A stretch of 64,000 nt of DNA, taken from assembly GCA_030704615.1 (NCBI GenBank), contig CM060732.1:74214001-74278000 (forward strand), written 5' to 3'. Shown here one piece after another: positions 62,601 to 64,000 of the stretch. Position numbers and translations under genes: made by a program. Within the stretch, counting starts at the first letter, position 1, and every line of letters begins with the position of its first letter. This DNA is from Takakia lepidozioides. Its lineage: Eukaryota > Plantae > Bryophyta. The notes below the pieces were generated by a model. The model saw only the letters and a program-made list of their open reading frames with translations. It was not told the origin of the DNA and searched no databases.

Positions 62601-63637
62601 CCTCTGTCATGGACACCTCCTTCTGACAGTCTGTCATCTTCAGGCTCACTCACACGAAGGCCCTCCGACCGCTCCAGGGATGAGGACCGAGACCGTGCAG
62701 GTTGAGAAGGCAGTTCAATTTCCCCTTCCTCCAACTCTCCCTCTTCACGATCCTCAGCTGCAATATCTGTCACATGTACCTGCCCAGCAGGTCTGGAAGA
62801 GATTTTATCGCTCCTACCGGATTCCTCACCAGAAGCGTTAGGTTGCAAACTTCCCTTTCGACGTCCTCTCTCTCCTCTTTCATTGGCCCCTTTCTCAGAC
62901 TTCAGTTTCTCCCCAGGGACAAAAACTTGTTCGCCTTCATCCTCCACAGACATCCGATCTCTCAATGACGAGAGATTCACAGCATCGGAATTGCGACCCC
63001 CCTTCCATGACCCACTTCTTACCAATGAGGACTCTAACTGCAACCTCTGAGTTTCATAGCGTGCTTCAGCTCCTAATGTCATCTCATCTAACGAATCGGG
63101 GATCGCATCCTGCCAATCCCCGTCATAGGAGCCCCTAAAGCCTGGTATTGCAGCAGCACTATCTTCTTTCTTCACAGAACCATTTCCAGGAGGATCTACA
63201 GGTGAGAAGCTCGAGCGGCCCTGCACTGCTTGTGCCCAAGCAAAGTTGTAAAGGTTGGGGGCATAGTTGTTATTAGGAGGGCGATACGCAGCAGGACTAA
63301 TCCAAGGATTGTCTTCACCACTCCATGATATCCTCTCACGCTCAAGTTCGTCATCCTCCAACCTTTCGACATCTCTGACCATAATATCTCTTCCTTCTCT
63401 CGAGGAATACTCATTCCGTATGCGAGTTCTCGGGGTTCCAGATCTCAACTCCCCTCGAGCAACCAGGTCAGTAAGACTCACTCTCTTTAGAAGAAGTGGT
63501 ATGTCTTTCCTCGGGGGCCGATCTGATTTCTCTATACTTACTTTTTCATCAGGTGACGCCTGATCTTTGTCAGAGATCTCTCCCTCCTCCTGGTCCTCAT
63601 CCGTAGGGTTTGCAGATTCGTTAACGACTGGAGCCAT
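56677..63637 (-). CDS. CPL3: RNA polymerase II C-terminal domain phosphatase-like 3 (FCP1-type, with BRCT domain), multi-exon
   Basis: LYNFAWAQAV, EREEGELEEGEI, RLPSPTPS, SRDPR and RPRDPRR motifs. Catalytic LVLDLDHTLLNSA (DxDxT), then MWTKLRPG, VYTMGNKAYA, VVIIDDS, BRCT region HPLWRMAEQFGA..THVVA, and last exon LEASAILYRRANERDFPVPPP*. Confidence 0.93.
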
Positions 63638-64000
63638 TTGATCCCAAAGACTCTAACTAGCACCCTGCAACAGGTTTAGATAGCATGAAGACATAGACAA
63701 AGGTGCACTGGCCAAAGAACCATCTCTTATCAGATCTTGGTTAACGGCTCAACATGGATTCGCTTTGTTACATGTTTTCCCAGCATTTCCTGGAAAAGTG
63801 GAGGGCTCACTATCCCACTGCTACTGCCCGCCCTCCCTACGGATCAGTCGTCCAGAAGATAGCGAAATTCAACTCCACAAAACAGCCCGTTTTGAGATTA
63901 CGGCTACGGCAGACTCGATCGTCAAACCGTTCAATGCAGAAGCTTGGACTAAGGGACTTCGGCTTTAGGACTAGTTTCTAAAGGGAGGGGAAGGATTCAG

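Overview
Eukaryotic nuclear DNA from a seed-free land plant, probably a bryophyte. The evidence is spliceosomal introns, PLS-DYW PPR editing genes, a ZBBX-like ciliary gene candidate and CPL3. Layout: (1) 1-7094, a large MULE-like DDE transposon with a WRKY/GCM1-type Zn domain, carrying a divergent intron-containing gene with a ParB/Srx-like DGNHR domain and a subterminal array of GCGACCGCC..GGCGGTCGC palindromes. (2) 7.1-15.6 kb, two degenerate Ty3/Gypsy elements; the second carries the C-terminal half of a C5 DNA methyltransferase plus a PHD finger. (3) About 16.7-31.6 kb, an inverted duplication with two convergent DYW-PPR genes that differ in triplet number and in RNA-code residues. (4) 32.7-47.3 kb, two more members of the same transposon group. 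One has a homologue of the ParB-like partner gene and its own GAAATTCGGCGCC motif arrays. A dUTPase-bearing Gypsy fragment here is interrupted at the same AAACAATT site as the Gypsy at 7095. (5) LTR, LINE and SINE debris. (6) Host genes: an unknown coiled-coil gene, a ZBBX-like gene and CPL3. The best candidate for an undescribed system is the transposase + ParB-like protein + family-specific palindrome array module. All family assignments come from reading motifs by eye; no database search was run.
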